Of a stretch of 64,000 nucleotides of DNA, positions 38,134 through 49,835 are shown piece by piece. Below the pieces are notes generated by a model. It searched no databases and had not been told where the DNA came from. It saw only the letters and a list, made by a program, of their open reading frames with translations. Source of the stretch: an uncultured Candidatus Saccharibacteria bacterium (GTDB taxonomy: Bacteria > Patescibacteriota > Saccharimonadia > Saccharimonadales > Saccharimonadaceae); contig CAYVSX010000001.1 in NCBI GenBank assembly GCA_964454245.1, forward strand, positions 7,379-71,378, written 5' to 3'. Within the stretch, counting starts at the first letter, position 1, and each line of letters begins with the position of its first letter. The translations under genes were made by a program, and so were the position numbers.

Positions 38134-38922
38134 ATGGATTTGCTAAAAATGCACAAACGCCGCTCGCGCCTAAGCGAGGTGGCCTACATAGCCCTAAACG
38201 TTGCGCTAGCGGCAGCCGTATTTGTGATTGTAAAATGGACTAATTCGCCCTGGCTGGCTGTGGCATTGGTGCTGCTAAGCAAGTGGCGGGTGATGGCTGT
38301 GCGGCCCCGCTTTTGGTATGCCAACCTAATAGCCAACATGGTGGATATTATTGTGGGCGTGGGCGCAGTGGCGCTACTGGTGGCGGCTGGCGCCGGTGAT
38401 GGCAGCGTGGCGGCGCAGGTGATAATTTCGGTGTTGTATGTTGGCTGGCTGCTATTTATCAAGCCACGTTCGCGCCGCTCTTACGTGGCCCTACAGGCGC
38501 TGATGGCGGTTTTGGTGGGTATTACGGCGCTATCACTGGTATCGTATGCCTGGGATCCGTTCTTTTTTGTGCTGGCTATGTGGGGGCTGGGCTATGTGGC
38601 GGCGCGCCATGTGCTGGGTAGCTACGAAGAGCCTCATGCCACGTTATACAGCATGATAATCGCCTTTATGTTTGCCGAATTTGGCTGGATTAGTTTCCAC
38701 TGGCTGATGGCCTATCCGCTGCCTGGCTCAGGCAATCTTCAGTTGTCGCAATTAGCATTATTAACATCGCTACTGTGCTTTGTGGCCGAGCGCTCGTACG
38801 CTAGCTACCACAAGTACGGCATGGTACGCCGGGCAGATGTACTGCCATCTATAGTGCTAGCAATCGCACTAGGCGTAGTGATGTATATATTTGCGCGGCT
38901 ATTTGGTACCGACGCACTATAA
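38134..38922 (+). CDS. Polytopic membrane hypothetical protein
   Basis: About 8 hydrophobic helices. Confidence 0.75.
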   Translation: MDLLKMHKRRSRLSEVAYIALNVALAAAVFVIVKWTNSPWLAVALVLLSKWRVMAVRPRFWYANLIANMVDIIVGVGAVALLVAAGAGDGSVAAQVIISVLYVGWLLFIKPRSRRSYVALQALMAVLVGITALSLVSYAWDPFFFVLAMWGLGYVAARHVLGSYEEPHATLYSMIIAFMFAEFGWISFHWLMAYPLPGSGNLQLSQLALLTSLLCFVAERSYASYHKYGMVRRADVLPSIVLAIALGVVMYIFARLFGTDAL

Positions 38923-38943
38923 AAAACTGCCAAGGAGGATATA

Positions 38944-40098
38944 ATGGCGCAGCAAAACACACAACCAACAGTAACTCATAAGCCTAAACACCCAGTAGCT
39001 ATATTGGTGATTGCTATTGTGGTGGCACTAGGTGTGGGCGGCGCGGCCTACTGGTATGCCAACACCAACCTGGCGCCAGTTACCGAGCGTCAAACCGTGC
39101 AAAATGATGGCAATCTAACGCCAACCAGTACTGAAAGCTCGATAACTAATGTGGTAGATAAAGTCTCGCCTAGTGTGGTTTCTATTGTAATAAATACAAC
39201 AAAACAGACAATATTTGGTGCCGCCGAGCAGCAAGCGGCTGGTACGGGCATCATTTTGAGCAAAGATGGCTATATATTGACCAACCACCACGTGGTATCG
39301 ACGGCCAGCAAGGCGCAGGTGGTTACCAGCGACGGCACAACCTATGATGACGTGCAGGTGGTGGGTTCGGACCCGCTGAACGACATTGCGTACCTAAAGA
39401 TTGACGGTGTGGATGATTTAACGCCGGCCGAACTAGGTGATTCGTCGACCACGCGGGTTGGCCAGCAAGTGGTGGCAATCGGTAATGCGCTGGGGCAGTT
39501 CCAAAACACGGTGTCTAGCGGTATTGTATCGGGCAAGGGGCGGCCACTATCGGCTAGTAGCGATAGCGACAGTAGCGATAGCGAATCGCTGAGCGATTTG
39601 CTGCAAACCGATGCGGCGATTAACCCTGGTAATTCGGGTGGCCCGTTACTGAACTTTAGCGGTCAGGTGATTGGTATCAACACCGCCGTGGCGTCGGATG
39701 CCGAAGGTATCGGCTTTGCCATACCTGTAAATGCCGCCAAGGGTACGATAAAAACCGTGCTGGCCGGCAAGGGTGTGCAGCGTGCCTACCTAGGCCTGCG
39801 CTACCTAGAAATCACGGCGGCCGTGGCTAAGCAGTACGATTTGCCGGTAAAGCAAGGCGCCTACGCGTTAGCGAGTGGCAACGCCTCGGCGGTGGTAGCT
39901 GGTGGGCCAGCCGACAAAGCCGGGCTAAAAGATAAAGACATCATCACCAAAATTAACGACCAAGCGGTTGGTGCGGCCGGTGGTGTATCCACGCTGGTGG
40001 GCCAGTATGCGCCGGGCGATACCATAGAAGTGACATACCTGCGCGACGGCAAACAGGCCACGACCAAGGTGACGCTAGAGGCGTTTGCGAGCGATTAG
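38944..40098 (+). CDS. htrA: HtrA/DegP-like serine protease with PDZ domain
   Basis: TNHHV, DIA, QTDAAINPGNSGGP, PADKAGL. Confidence 0.92.
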   Translation: MAQQNTQPTVTHKPKHPVAILVIAIVVALGVGGAAYWYANTNLAPVTERQTVQNDGNLTPTSTESSITNVVDKVSPSVVSIVINTTKQTIFGAAEQQAAGTGIILSKDGYILTNHHVVSTASKAQVVTSDGTTYDDVQVVGSDPLNDIAYLKIDGVDDLTPAELGDSSTTRVGQQVVAIGNALGQFQNTVSSGIVSGKGRPLSASSDSDSSDSESLSDLLQTDAAINPGNSGGPLLNFSGQVIGINTAVASDAEGIGFAIPVNAAKGTIKTVLAGKGVQRAYLGLRYLEITAAVAKQYDLPVKQGAYALASGNASAVVAGGPADKAGLKDKDIITKINDQAVGAAGGVSTLVGQYAPGDTIEVTYLRDGKQATTKVTLEAFASD

Positions 40099-40887
40099 TT
40101 ACCCAAAACGACAATATAGCCGCTGGTAGCAATGTGCCGGAGGCTATATTTTTTGGCGGCCGATAGTATTGCGGCGTGCTGTTGGGGGTCGGCCTCTAGC
40201 AGGGTGATGCCGCCCGGCGCTAGGGCGCTAGGTAGCTGGCTAAGCAGGCGGTAAATTAGTTTTAGGCCGCCGTCATCGGCAAATAGTGCTAGCGCCGGTT
40301 CGTGATTAGTTTCGGGCGATCGCTGCCACGATTCATCAACGTAGGGCAGGTTGGCGATGACGATATCGTAGCGCTCGCGGGTTGATTCTAACAAGTCACT
40401 TTTTATGGTCGCAACAGTCGCCTGTAGATTTTGGGCATTAGCCTGGGCCACCTTTAGGGCGTGGTGGCTAATATCGGCTAGGGTAACGTGTAGCTGCGGC
40501 AGCTCCAGCTTGGCGGTAATGCCTAGGCAGCCGCTACCGGTGCCAACATCAATCAGTGTTTTGGCGCCGGTGGGCAAATGCTCTTTCAGCAAGCTAATAA
40601 TTTCTTCGCTTTCGGGGCGCGGTATTAGCACGCTAGGTGTTACCTTAAATTGCCGGCCGTAAAATTCTTTGTGGCCGATGATATAGGCAATTGGCGTGCG
40701 ATCGAGCCGCAGCTGGCCGCGGGCGTTGGCGATATCCTCCATACGCGGGTCTAGTGGGTCGTCGCTGTGGGCGTGCAGCCAGGTGCGGCTACGGTGCAAA
40801 GTATGCGCCAATATAATTTCGGCATCTAATAAAGCGCTGGGTATGCCGGCATTAGCAAACTCTTCAGCGGCACCTTTCAGCCAGTGC

Positions 40888-41958
<1,071 letters not shown>

Positions 41959-42002
41959 ATGTAATAATTATAGCAGACAAGCACCTAAGATAACAGGGGT
42001 AG

Positions 42003-42344
42003 CTATACCTTTTGGCGGGTAGTAAGCAAGATAATGCCGACGATAATGCCAGGTAGCCAGGTCATCACCGCGATAGCACCGACCGCGAATAGGATAACAT
42101 TACCAATTGTTCGCAGAGGGGACGCTCCCGCTTCGGAGAAGAGAGAATCGCTCGCTACCTGGGCCGTCTCTTGCGAGCCGGCGATAAGGTTAATGACAGC
42201 ATAGGCAAGGATAGATACGATGACTAGGGTTGTAGGGGCAACCAAGCAAATAATGCCCCAGGTTGTCTTGAGTTTATTGGTTTTTTGGATACTTGTCGCA
42301 TTATTCGCGGGTGGTGTTGGTATGGGTGATGTGTTTGGTTGCAT
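42003..42344 (-). CDS. Small membrane hypothetical protein (2 TM)
   Basis: Two hydrophobic helices; TGGTATACT 6 nt upstream. Confidence 0.7.
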   Translation of the reverse strand: MQPNTSPIPTPPANNATSIQKTNKLKTTWGIICLVAPTTLVIVSILAYAVINLIAGSQETAQVASDSLFSEAGASPLRTIGNVILFAVGAIAVMTWLPGIIVGIILLTTRQKV

Positions 42345-42358
42345 GGTGCTAGTATACC

Positions 42359-42382
42359 AAAAACCGCCCTGGTATGGGCGGT
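42359..42382 (-). terminator. Terminator downstream of rpmE2
   Basis: accgccc atacca gggcggt tttt on the minus strand. Confidence 0.6.
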
Positions 42383-42401
42383 AATCTGACCATCTGTACG
42401 G

Positions 42402-42722
42402 CTACTTGTCTGCTTTAGTAGCTTTTTTAGCGTTAGCCTTCTTTGCCTTGGCGGCAAGGGCGGCCTTGCGCTCTTCGGCAGCCTTTAGGCGTGCCGCAAA
42501 GCGGTCAACACGGCCTTCGGTGTCGATAATCTTTTCCTCACCAGTAAAGAACGGGTGAGATTTGCTTGATATGTGAACCTTTACAAGTGGGTACTCGTTG
42601 CCGTCTTCCCATTTGATGGTATCACTCGTTTGCGCGGTTGACTGAGTCAAGAACGCAAACCCCGCTACATCGTCGCTAAATACGACCGGGCGGTATGTTT
42701 GTGGGTGAATACTGCTTTTCAT
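42402..42722 (-). CDS. rpmE2: 50S ribosomal protein L31 type B (Zn-free)
   Basis: [15 protein letters not shown]...[23 protein letters not shown]. Confidence 0.93.
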   Translation of the reverse strand: MKSSIHPQTYRPVVFSDDVAGFAFLTQSTAQTSDTIKWEDGNEYPLVKVHISSKSHPFFTGEEKIIDTEGRVDRFAARLKAAEERKAALAAKAKKANAKKATKADK

Positions 42723-42780
42723 AACTACCCATTTTATCAGATGTGAGCCGATATGTAAAGAGGTGAGCTGGTTAACTATT

Positions 42781-43296
42781 TTATTTAGGCAAGTTGTCGT
42801 CTCTAGGCTCTTTGCCGGTAAACGCATCGGCCACTTTATCTAGGTGCAGCGACGGCATATGCAGGTGTGTTGTGTCTTTTTTGCGCTGTTCGCGGGCGGC
42901 GGCGATGGTGTCTTGCAGGTGCTGGATAGCGCGGGCGCTGCTAGGCCTCGCAGCGATTTCCTTCACTTGGCGGTCAAGTTCGGCTAGTTCATCATCGGTT
43001 AAATCTTCTAGCCCCATGTAGTATTGGCGCGCACCCTTGGTTGCGCGGATGAGTTCGTCGAGCTTGATTTGCACGGCTTTGCCATCGCGATTTTGCGTAT
43101 TTTGAATCAGGAATACCATCAAAAAGGTGATGATGGTGGTACCAGTATTGATAACCAGCTGCCACGTATCGCTATAGTGGAAGATTGGCCCACTAGACGC
43201 CCAAATAAGTACGATTAAAATTGCCCCTAAAAACACGCCAGCCGAACCCGCCCAAGTGGACACGCGGCCTGCTACGACTCTAAATACGTTTTTCAT
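42781..43296 (-). CDS. Low-affinity iron permease (Fet4-like) family protein
   Basis: [38 protein letters not shown]. Confidence 0.88.
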   Translation of the reverse strand: MKNVFRVVAGRVSTWAGSAGVFLGAILIVLIWASSGPIFHYSDTWQLVINTGTTIITFLMVFLIQNTQNRDGKAVQIKLDELIRATKGARQYYMGLEDLTDDELAELDRQVKEIAARPSSARAIQHLQDTIAAAREQRKKDTTHLHMPSLHLDKVADAFTGKEPRDDNLPK

Positions 43297-43417
43297 AATA
43301 AGCCTAGTATACCACAAGCGAAAATAGGGAAGGATGCTATAAATTAGCATAATGCTATTGACTTTTTAGCAACTTTTTGCTACTATAATGAATAGTAATA
43401 AAAGTCAAAAACAAACA

Positions 43418-45184
43418 ATGCCGCGCGAAAAATATCCTTTACAAACATCCGATAGTACAGAAGCTCCGGCTCCGCGAGAGTTTCAGTTTACTTACGGTGC
43501 TATCCCCGAAAGGAATAGCAAGGATCCCGAAATGAGCGACTTCGATTGGTACAGCAAGCTTATTACAACGACGACCACCGACTTTCTTGCCGAAGAGTAT
43601 GGGAGTCACGAGCTGAGCCTAAAGAGCAAACTAAAGGAAATAACTACCGCGGTAGAGGACTATTTTGCTACCGACAGCGAACTAACCCCAGAAAAGGCTA
43701 TAGAAATGGTCGATTTGCTGGCTCGCATGCACTCGGCTACGGTGTTCAGTCGCTACTCTATTAGTTCCACCACTGTAGGAGCAGGTATTTTGCCGCAGCT
43801 ACTGGCACTACCACGAGAAACACTTGCTGCAATGCGGCAACTGCCAAAAGATGAGCGTGGCACCCTAGATATGATATTGATGGCGTGTGAAGAAAATATC
43901 GATATGCGATGTAAGTATACAAACAGCGTAGGTCGTATTGAGCAGCAGAACAAAAAAGCGAAACTGCAGGGCTACGAGAATATACAGGAAAAACACGCTG
44001 ATATTATAGCTGGTAAAATCCAGAACGACGGCTTGCAAACGCTTGACGTGCTACTAGATAGCACCAGTGAGCTGCAACCGGATACTGAACCTACGAAAAC
44101 CAAGGACGTGATGTTTGCCTGTATGGAGGCGATGGATCTACCGGCAGAGCTGTCTGAGGTTATTGCTAGTGCGGTGCTGGCGCGGTGTTACCAAAAGAGT
44201 GAAGAAGGCGGCGACAAGGAGCAACTAAAACCCTACTACCCCCAAGCTATACTGGTAAATTTGGCCGATAAGGTAAAGGACGTGGGTGTGAGCACTATGA
44301 CGCGGCTACATGAAGAGTGTGGCATTGTGAATTTTACTGACATCACTTACGGTATGCTGGCGCGTATGATGAAATTCATCGATCGCGACCCAGAGCTGAT
44401 GGAGCACCTGCGGAATCATGAGGTTTGTGTGGTAATAAAAGACGCTAGTAATGACTATAACGGCGCGTTTACTCATGAGGATAGTACTTTTGAAACGGTG
44501 GATAAAGCAACGCTGTTGTTTGAGGTGTATCGCTCGAATAATGGTAACGATGAGACGCAGCAAATTACATCCATGGGGGATCTGCTTGCCGAGCGAGATA
44601 TCCATCCTTCATTGGTGGTGTATAGTGCACATGGTAACATAGGGTTTATGAATATGGGCTGGGTAACTGTTGGCGCAAAGGGTAAACTTGCGTTTAGCGA
44701 CACAGGCTTTATGCGAATTATACAAGCGATGAAGCCCGATCGCGACGGCAATTGCAGTGTGTTTATTAATTCGTGCCTACAAGATGCTCCTATAGACGGA
44801 AATAAAGACGATACGATGCTGACGCAAATCGCAGCCGATCTGCAGGAAGTGGTCAAAGAGAGTGCCGGGAATGGTACCGCGCCGCGAACCTATATGCTGT
44901 ATGGCGTAGAGCAGTCTTACAGTTTTGGCAAAGTGTGGTTGGAAGGTTTTACGGCTTCGTCTACTGTAGCTAATGCGACCGGAACACCAAATGGCGAGAC
45001 TGAAGTGCCACAACGGGAGAAAACATATATTGAACGCGTGATCGTAACTGACGAAGGCAATGTGTACAGAGACCTGCAAACAGAGCTACCAGACAGCTGG
45101 ACAAAAGATGCCGGAATTCCTACCGAGCCACTGCCTAAGACGCTGCAGCTACCGATGTATCAGAGGGATGCAAAGTTTATGTAG
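43418..45184 (+). CDS. Large hypothetical protein with candidate clan-CD (caspase-like) peptidase domain
   Basis: LVVYSAHG (His at 44630) and VFINSC (Cys at 44774). Start moved to 43418 because ATG 43388 overlaps the TTGACT-17-TACTAT promoter. Confidence 0.6.
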   Translation: MPREKYPLQTSDSTEAPAPREFQFTYGAIPERNSKDPEMSDFDWYSKLITTTTTDFLAEEYGSHELSLKSKLKEITTAVEDYFATDSELTPEKAIEMVDLLARMHSATVFSRYSISSTTVGAGILPQLLALPRETLAAMRQLPKDERGTLDMILMACEENIDMRCKYTNSVGRIEQQNKKAKLQGYENIQEKHADIIAGKIQNDGLQTLDVLLDSTSELQPDTEPTKTKDVMFACMEAMDLPAELSEVIASAVLARCYQKSEEGGDKEQLKPYYPQAILVNLADKVKDVGVSTMTRLHEECGIVNFTDITYGMLARMMKFIDRDPELMEHLRNHEVCVVIKDASNDYNGAFTHEDSTFETVDKATLLFEVYRSNNGNDETQQITSMGDLLAERDIHPSLVVYSAHGNIGFMNMGWVTVGAKGKLAFSDTGFMRIIQAMKPDRDGNCSVFINSCLQDAPIDGNKDDTMLTQIAADLQEVVKESAGNGTAPRTYMLYGVEQSYSFGKVWLEGFTASSTVANATGTPNGETEVPQREKTYIERVIVTDEGNVYRDLQTELPDSWTKDAGIPTEPLPKTLQLPMYQRDAKFM

Positions 45185-45190
45185 CGGGTA

Positions 45191-45310
45191 TTTACACCAG
45201 ATAGATAAAATGATACAATACCTAAGTAATAAATTTTAACGAAACAATCCCGCACCTTCTATGTCGTATCCTGCCAAAATGGTAAAAGACATAAAAGTAA
45301 AAGGTGCTGG
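45191..45310 (+). promoter_or_regulatory. rpsB promoter and structured 5' leader
   Basis: TTTACA-17-TACAAT; nested stems gcacctt/aaggtgc, tatgtc/gacata, tgcca/tggta. Confidence 0.5.
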
Positions 45311-45329
45311 ATGAAGGGAGAAGGATATC

Positions 45330-46025
45330 ATGGCAGTTGCTGTTGATATTAAGGCTTTGCTCGAGGCCGGTGTCCATTTTGGTCACAAAACGAGCCGTTG
45401 GCACCCAAAAATGGCGCCATACATTCATAGCAAACGTCAGGACAGCCACATTATTGACCTGACCAAAACCGTAGAGCAGCTAGAAAAAGCCCTGCCGGTG
45501 ATTACCAAAGTTGCTGCTAGTGGCAAGCAGGTGCTGTTTGTGGGCACTAAAAAGCAGGCTAAAGATGTAGTAAAAGCTGCTGCCGAAAAGGCTGGCCAGC
45601 CCTACGTAACCGAGCGCTGGATTGGCGGTATGTTAACCAACGTAACCACCACCACAGCGCAGATCAAAAAGCTGAAAGACCTAGAAAAGCGCATGGCCAG
45701 CGGCGACCTAGAAAAGCGCTACAACAAGCTAGAAGTCCAGCGTTTCCAGGAAGAGATTGACCTGCTGAACACCAAGTACGGCGGTATTAAAGACCTAAAC
45801 GGCCGCCCCGGGCTAGTTATCGTAATTGACACCCTAACCGACAAAAACGCTATTGCCGAGGCTAAAAACCTAGGCGTGCCAGTGGTGGGTGTGGTAGACA
45901 CTAATGTTGACCCAAGCGTGGTGGACTACGCCGTGCCAGGTAACGACGATGCAATTAAGGGTACTGAACTATTGCTAAGCTACTTTGTAGCGGCAGTAGC
46001 TGAAGGCAAAGTAAAGGAGGCCTAA
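45330..46025 (+). CDS. rpsB: 30S ribosomal protein S2
   Basis: AGVHFGH, RWIGGMLTN, PGNDDAI. Confidence 0.97.
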   Translation: MAVAVDIKALLEAGVHFGHKTSRWHPKMAPYIHSKRQDSHIIDLTKTVEQLEKALPVITKVAASGKQVLFVGTKKQAKDVVKAAAEKAGQPYVTERWIGGMLTNVTTTTAQIKKLKDLEKRMASGDLEKRYNKLEVQRFQEEIDLLNTKYGGIKDLNGRPGLVIVIDTLTDKNAIAEAKNLGVPVVGVVDTNVDPSVVDYAVPGNDDAIKGTELLLSYFVAAVAEGKVKEA

Positions 46026-46026
46026 G

Positions 46027-46623
46027 GTGGCGGTTTCGATAGAAGATATTAAAAAACTGAAGGAACTAACTGGTGTGGGCCTGACCGACGCCAAGGTAGC
46101 GCTGGTAGAAGCCGACGGCAACTTTGACAAAGCCCTAGAGGCGATGCGCAAAAAAGGCCTGACTAAGGCTGAGAAAAAGGGCGACCGCGAAACCCGCGAA
46201 GGTGTGATTGATAGCTACGTGCACTCAAACCGCATTGGTGTGGTGGTAGAGGTAAACTGCGAAACTGATTTTGTGGCCCGACTGCCCGAATTTAAAGAAT
46301 TTGCCCACCAAATTGCGATGCAAATTGCGGCTATGAACCCAACCTACAGCACTATGGAAGATATCCCAGCTGAGGCTTTGGAGGCTAAAAAGCAAGAGCT
46401 ACTAGCTAGCGACAGCCTAAAAAACAAGCCCGAAAACATGCGCGAGCAAATAGTGGAAGGTCAGCTGAAAAAGCATTTTGCCGAGCAAGTGCTAGCCGAG
46501 CAAGCCTTTGTGCTAGATGATACTAAGACGGTTGGTGAACGTATTAAAGAGCAGATTGCTTTGAGTGGCGAGAACATTCGCGTGAGTCAGTTCAAGAGGA
46601 TTGAGCTAGGCGTAACCGAGTAG
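46027..46623 (+). CDS. tsf: Elongation factor Ts (short form)
   Basis: EVNCETDFVA; follows rpsB. Confidence 0.95.
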   Translation: MAVSIEDIKKLKELTGVGLTDAKVALVEADGNFDKALEAMRKKGLTKAEKKGDRETREGVIDSYVHSNRIGVVVEVNCETDFVARLPEFKEFAHQIAMQIAAMNPTYSTMEDIPAEALEAKKQELLASDSLKNKPENMREQIVEGQLKKHFAEQVLAEQAFVLDDTKTVGERIKEQIALSGENIRVSQFKRIELGVTE

Positions 46624-46650
46624 ACGCACGCCTTGGGCGACGGTAAGCGC

Positions 46651-46679
46651 AAAACGCCGCGAGCATATCGCGGCGTTTT
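46651..46679 (+). terminator. Hairpin terminator
   Basis: aaaacgccgcga gcata tcgcggcgtttt. Confidence 0.7.
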
Positions 46680-46716
46680 ATAGTACACTAGTAATAGAAC
46701 TAACAGCGAGGAAACT

Positions 46717-47271
46717 ATGTTTGATACTGATGAATATGAACTAAAAATGCAAGCGGCCGTAGAGCATTTTGAGGGCGAGCTGGGTAAGATCCGTACAGGC
46801 CGGGCCCACCCAGGCATGCTAGATGGCATAAAGGTCGAGGCTTACGGCACGGCTATGCCACTAAACCAAGTGGCAAATATTACCGCCCCCGAGGCGCAGC
46901 TGCTACAAATTACACCATTTGACCCTAGTAATATCCAGGCGATTACCGCCGCTATACGGGGCGACCAAGGCCTAGGCCTAAACCCTAGCGATGATGGCCG
47001 CGTGGTGCGCGTGCCCGTGCCGCCACTCACCGAAGATCGCCGTCGCCAGCTGGTAAAGCAGGCCAGTGAAAAGGTAGAGGAGGCCCGGATTGCCCTACGC
47101 AATGTGCGCCAAGATGGCCTGAAAGACGCTAAGGCTAAAAAAGAGGCCAAAGAGCTATCAGAAGATGACCTGAAGCTGGTAGAAAAAGAGTTTGACCGCT
47201 TGATGCAAGAATTTAACAGCAAGTTAGAGCAAGAGTTTAAGGCTAAAGAACAGGACATCTTAAAGATATAA
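46717..47271 (+). CDS. frr: Ribosome recycling factor
   Basis: IRTGRA, PPLTEDRR, RIALRNVR. Confidence 0.96.
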   Translation: MFDTDEYELKMQAAVEHFEGELGKIRTGRAHPGMLDGIKVEAYGTAMPLNQVANITAPEAQLLQITPFDPSNIQAITAAIRGDQGLGLNPSDDGRVVRVPVPPLTEDRRRQLVKQASEKVEEARIALRNVRQDGLKDAKAKKEAKELSEDDLKLVEKEFDRLMQEFNSKLEQEFKAKEQDILKI

Positions 47272-47957
47272 TGGCGGATGTGCCAGCCCATATAGGGTAT
47301 ATTTTAGATGGCAACCGCCGCTGGGCAAAAAAGCATGGCCTGCCCACCTACGAGGGGCACTTGGCGGGCTACAATGCCTTGCACGAGGTAATTGATGCTA
47401 CGGCTGAGGCCGGCGTGAAGTATATTTCGCTGTATACATTTTCTACCCAAAACTGGAACCGCGCCGCCGAGGAAGTGAAGGGGATTATGAGCCTGGTCCG
47501 CCGGCTGTTCAAGAGTGACATTAAACGGCTGGTTAGTGATGGCTACCGCGTGGTGGTGCTGGGCGAGCGCGATGGTGTGCCGGCCGATATCGTAAAATAT
47601 ATCGACCAAGCCGAGCAAGATAGTAAAGATGGTACCAAAGCTACACTAGCCGTTTGCTTTAACTACGGTGGGCAAGAGGAAATTGTGCGTGCCGCCCGCC
47701 GGCTAGTACAGCAAAATACCGCCGCTAGCGATGTGACATTAGAATCATTTGCTGCGGCCATCGACCACCCCGAAGTGCCGCCCTGCGATGTAATTGTGCG
47801 CACCAGCGGCGAGCTGCGGCTGAGTGATTTTATGCTGTGGCGGGCGGCCTATAGCGAGTTTATATTCCTAGAAAAGTACTGGCCCGAGATGACAAAACAA
47901 GACGTAACCGCTATACTAAAAGAATATTCAGGGCGCAAACGCCGATTTGGAGGATAA
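47271..47957 (+). CDS. uppS: Undecaprenyl diphosphate synthase
   Basis: ILDGNRRWA, FSTQNW, RTSGELRLSDF. Confidence 0.95.
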   Translation: MADVPAHIGYILDGNRRWAKKHGLPTYEGHLAGYNALHEVIDATAEAGVKYISLYTFSTQNWNRAAEEVKGIMSLVRRLFKSDIKRLVSDGYRVVVLGERDGVPADIVKYIDQAEQDSKDGTKATLAVCFNYGGQEEIVRAARRLVQQNTAASDVTLESFAAAIDHPEVPPCDVIVRTSGELRLSDFMLWRAAYSEFIFLEKYWPEMTKQDVTAILKEYSGRKRRFGG

Positions 47958-49115
47958 ATGTTACTAACGGGGATTTTGATTGGTGTAATAGTATTAACGC
48001 TGCTAGTGGCCGCGCACGAGCTGGGGCATGCGCTGGTGGCCAAAAAGTACGGCACGGTGGTGGAAGAATTTGGGATTGGCTTTCCGCCTAAAGCCTGGAG
48101 CAAAAAGGTCAAAAATAGCTTTTTGGGCAAAAATGTTGAGTACAGCATAAACTGGCTGCCGCTAGGCGGCTTTGTGCGCATGCAGGGCGAACACGATGAT
48201 GCCGCCAAAAAAGGTGACTATGGTGCCATGACCTTTTGGCAAAAAACCCAAGTGTTGCTAGCTGGCGTGGCGGTGAACTGGCTGTTGGCGGCGGTGTTGA
48301 TATCGGTGCTGGCGGCGGTGGGTTTGCCAAAGATATTGCCAAATCAATTTACGGTCGCATCTGACACCGTAACTATTAAGCGGCCGGTAGAGCTAGTGAC
48401 TGTGGCGCCCGATATGCCAGCCGCCAAGGCAGGCTTAAAAGAGGGCGACCAGATAGTCCGCTTTGCGGGGCAAGTGGTGGCCACACCAGAAGATTTGGCA
48501 ACGCTAGCGGCCGAAAGGGCAGGCCAGACTGTACAAGTGATTTATTCACGACACGATGTAGAAAACACAACAAAAGTTACCTTGCGGGCTAACAATGACG
48601 ATAAAAAAGGCTATTTGGGCGCTGGGCCGGCCCAGCGCGAGCTGACGCGCTCGACTTGGTCGGCGCCAATTGTAGGCGTGGTGACCACGGCGCAGGCAAC
48701 CTGGGCAACGCTAGAGGGCCTAGGTCAGCTACTGGCTAACACCGTGACAGGGGTGGCTATGAAGCTAGTACCAAATGACGCCACCCAGCAGCAAGCCAAC
48801 CAGCGCCTAGGTGAGGCTGGTGCCAGCGTGGCTGGGCCGCTAGCCATATTTGGCGTGATATTCCCAGCCGCCGAAAAGGCCGGGCCAACCTACGTGATAA
48901 TGATTGCCGCCGTGATATCGCTGACGCTAGCCGTGATGAACGCCCTGCCGATACCAGCGCTAGATGGTGGCCGATGGTTTGTGACGGCTGTTTACAAGCT
49001 GCTAAAAAAGCCACTAACTAAAGAGCGCGAGGAAAAGATTCATGGCACCGGCTTTATAGCATTATTGCTGCTAATTGCGGTAGTGACGATTGCTGATATT
49101 GGGAAGTTGATGTAG
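47958..49115 (+). CDS. rseP: RseP-like M50 metalloprotease with PDZ domain
   Basis: HELGH, NALPIPALDGG. Confidence 0.92.
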   Translation: MLLTGILIGVIVLTLLVAAHELGHALVAKKYGTVVEEFGIGFPPKAWSKKVKNSFLGKNVEYSINWLPLGGFVRMQGEHDDAAKKGDYGAMTFWQKTQVLLAGVAVNWLLAAVLISVLAAVGLPKILPNQFTVASDTVTIKRPVELVTVAPDMPAAKAGLKEGDQIVRFAGQVVATPEDLATLAAERAGQTVQVIYSRHDVENTTKVTLRANNDDKKGYLGAGPAQRELTRSTWSAPIVGVVTTAQATWATLEGLGQLLANTVTGVAMKLVPNDATQQQANQRLGEAGASVAGPLAIFGVIFPAAEKAGPTYVIMIAAVISLTLAVMNALPIPALDGGRWFVTAVYKLLKKPLTKEREEKIHGTGFIALLLLIAVVTIADIGKLM

Positions 49116-49117
49116 CG

Positions 49118-49834
49118 ATGGCTAAAAAAACGCTAGTAAAAAACATTGGCATGGGCGCGGTGTGGGTGCTGGTGTTCGCGACCTGTTATGTGGCGGCCAA
49201 TTTGCTGGCGAGTGTGACGTTTGGGCGGATATTGCGCCCGCAAATGCCCACCGAATTACTGACGTATCGGCTGTCGATTTATTTGCTGATGGCGGCTCTA
49301 CTAGCCGGCGCCTTTTGGTTATACCACCGCGCCCGCCCAGCATGGGCTGATTTTGGCATGCCATGGTGGCCGCGCTGGAAGGAGCTGGGCTTAGGGCTGA
49401 TTGGTGTGGCGATTTACATCATCGGCACGATGATTGTGCAGTATGTAGCCACGCTAGCCTTTGGGCTAAATGCTGCCCAAGATCAAGATTTGGGGCTATC
49501 GAGCCTGTATGGCGGCGAGATGCTAGTTGCTTTTGTGGTACTGGTGGGGCTAACACCGCTGTTTGAAGAACTGCTGTTCCGCGGCTTTTTGTATGGCCGC
49601 TTGCGAGCGCTGGTAAAAAAGGCCTGGTGGCTGCCAGCCCTAATCGTTAGTGCGCTGTTCGGCCTGGCGCACGGCCAATGGAATGTGGGCTTGGATGTGT
49701 TTGTGCTAAGCATGGTGGCCTGCACGCTGCGCGAAATGACCGGGAGTATATGGGGTGGTGTGGTGCTACATATGATAAAAAATATGGTGGCCTTTATGTT
49801 CACCTTTGTGTTTATTAATGGGATTGGCGGCTAG
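49118..49834 (+). CDS. CPBP (CAAX/Abi) intramembrane protease
   Basis: EELLFRG, FGLAH, HMIKN. Confidence 0.9.
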   Translation: MAKKTLVKNIGMGAVWVLVFATCYVAANLLASVTFGRILRPQMPTELLTYRLSIYLLMAALLAGAFWLYHRARPAWADFGMPWWPRWKELGLGLIGVAIYIIGTMIVQYVATLAFGLNAAQDQDLGLSSLYGGEMLVAFVVLVGLTPLFEELLFRGFLYGRLRALVKKAWWLPALIVSALFGLAHGQWNVGLDVFVLSMVACTLREMTGSIWGGVVLHMIKNMVAFMFTFVFINGIGG

Positions 49835-49835
49835 T

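Noticed and set aside
43388-43417. ORF-track start at 43388 (similarly 11420, 15181, 15696, 26311, 26352, 42827, 43350, 49806, 52566)
   Set aside because: These extensions overlap promoter elements or neighbouring genes; downstream ATGs fit the promoter, RBS and family N-termini better.
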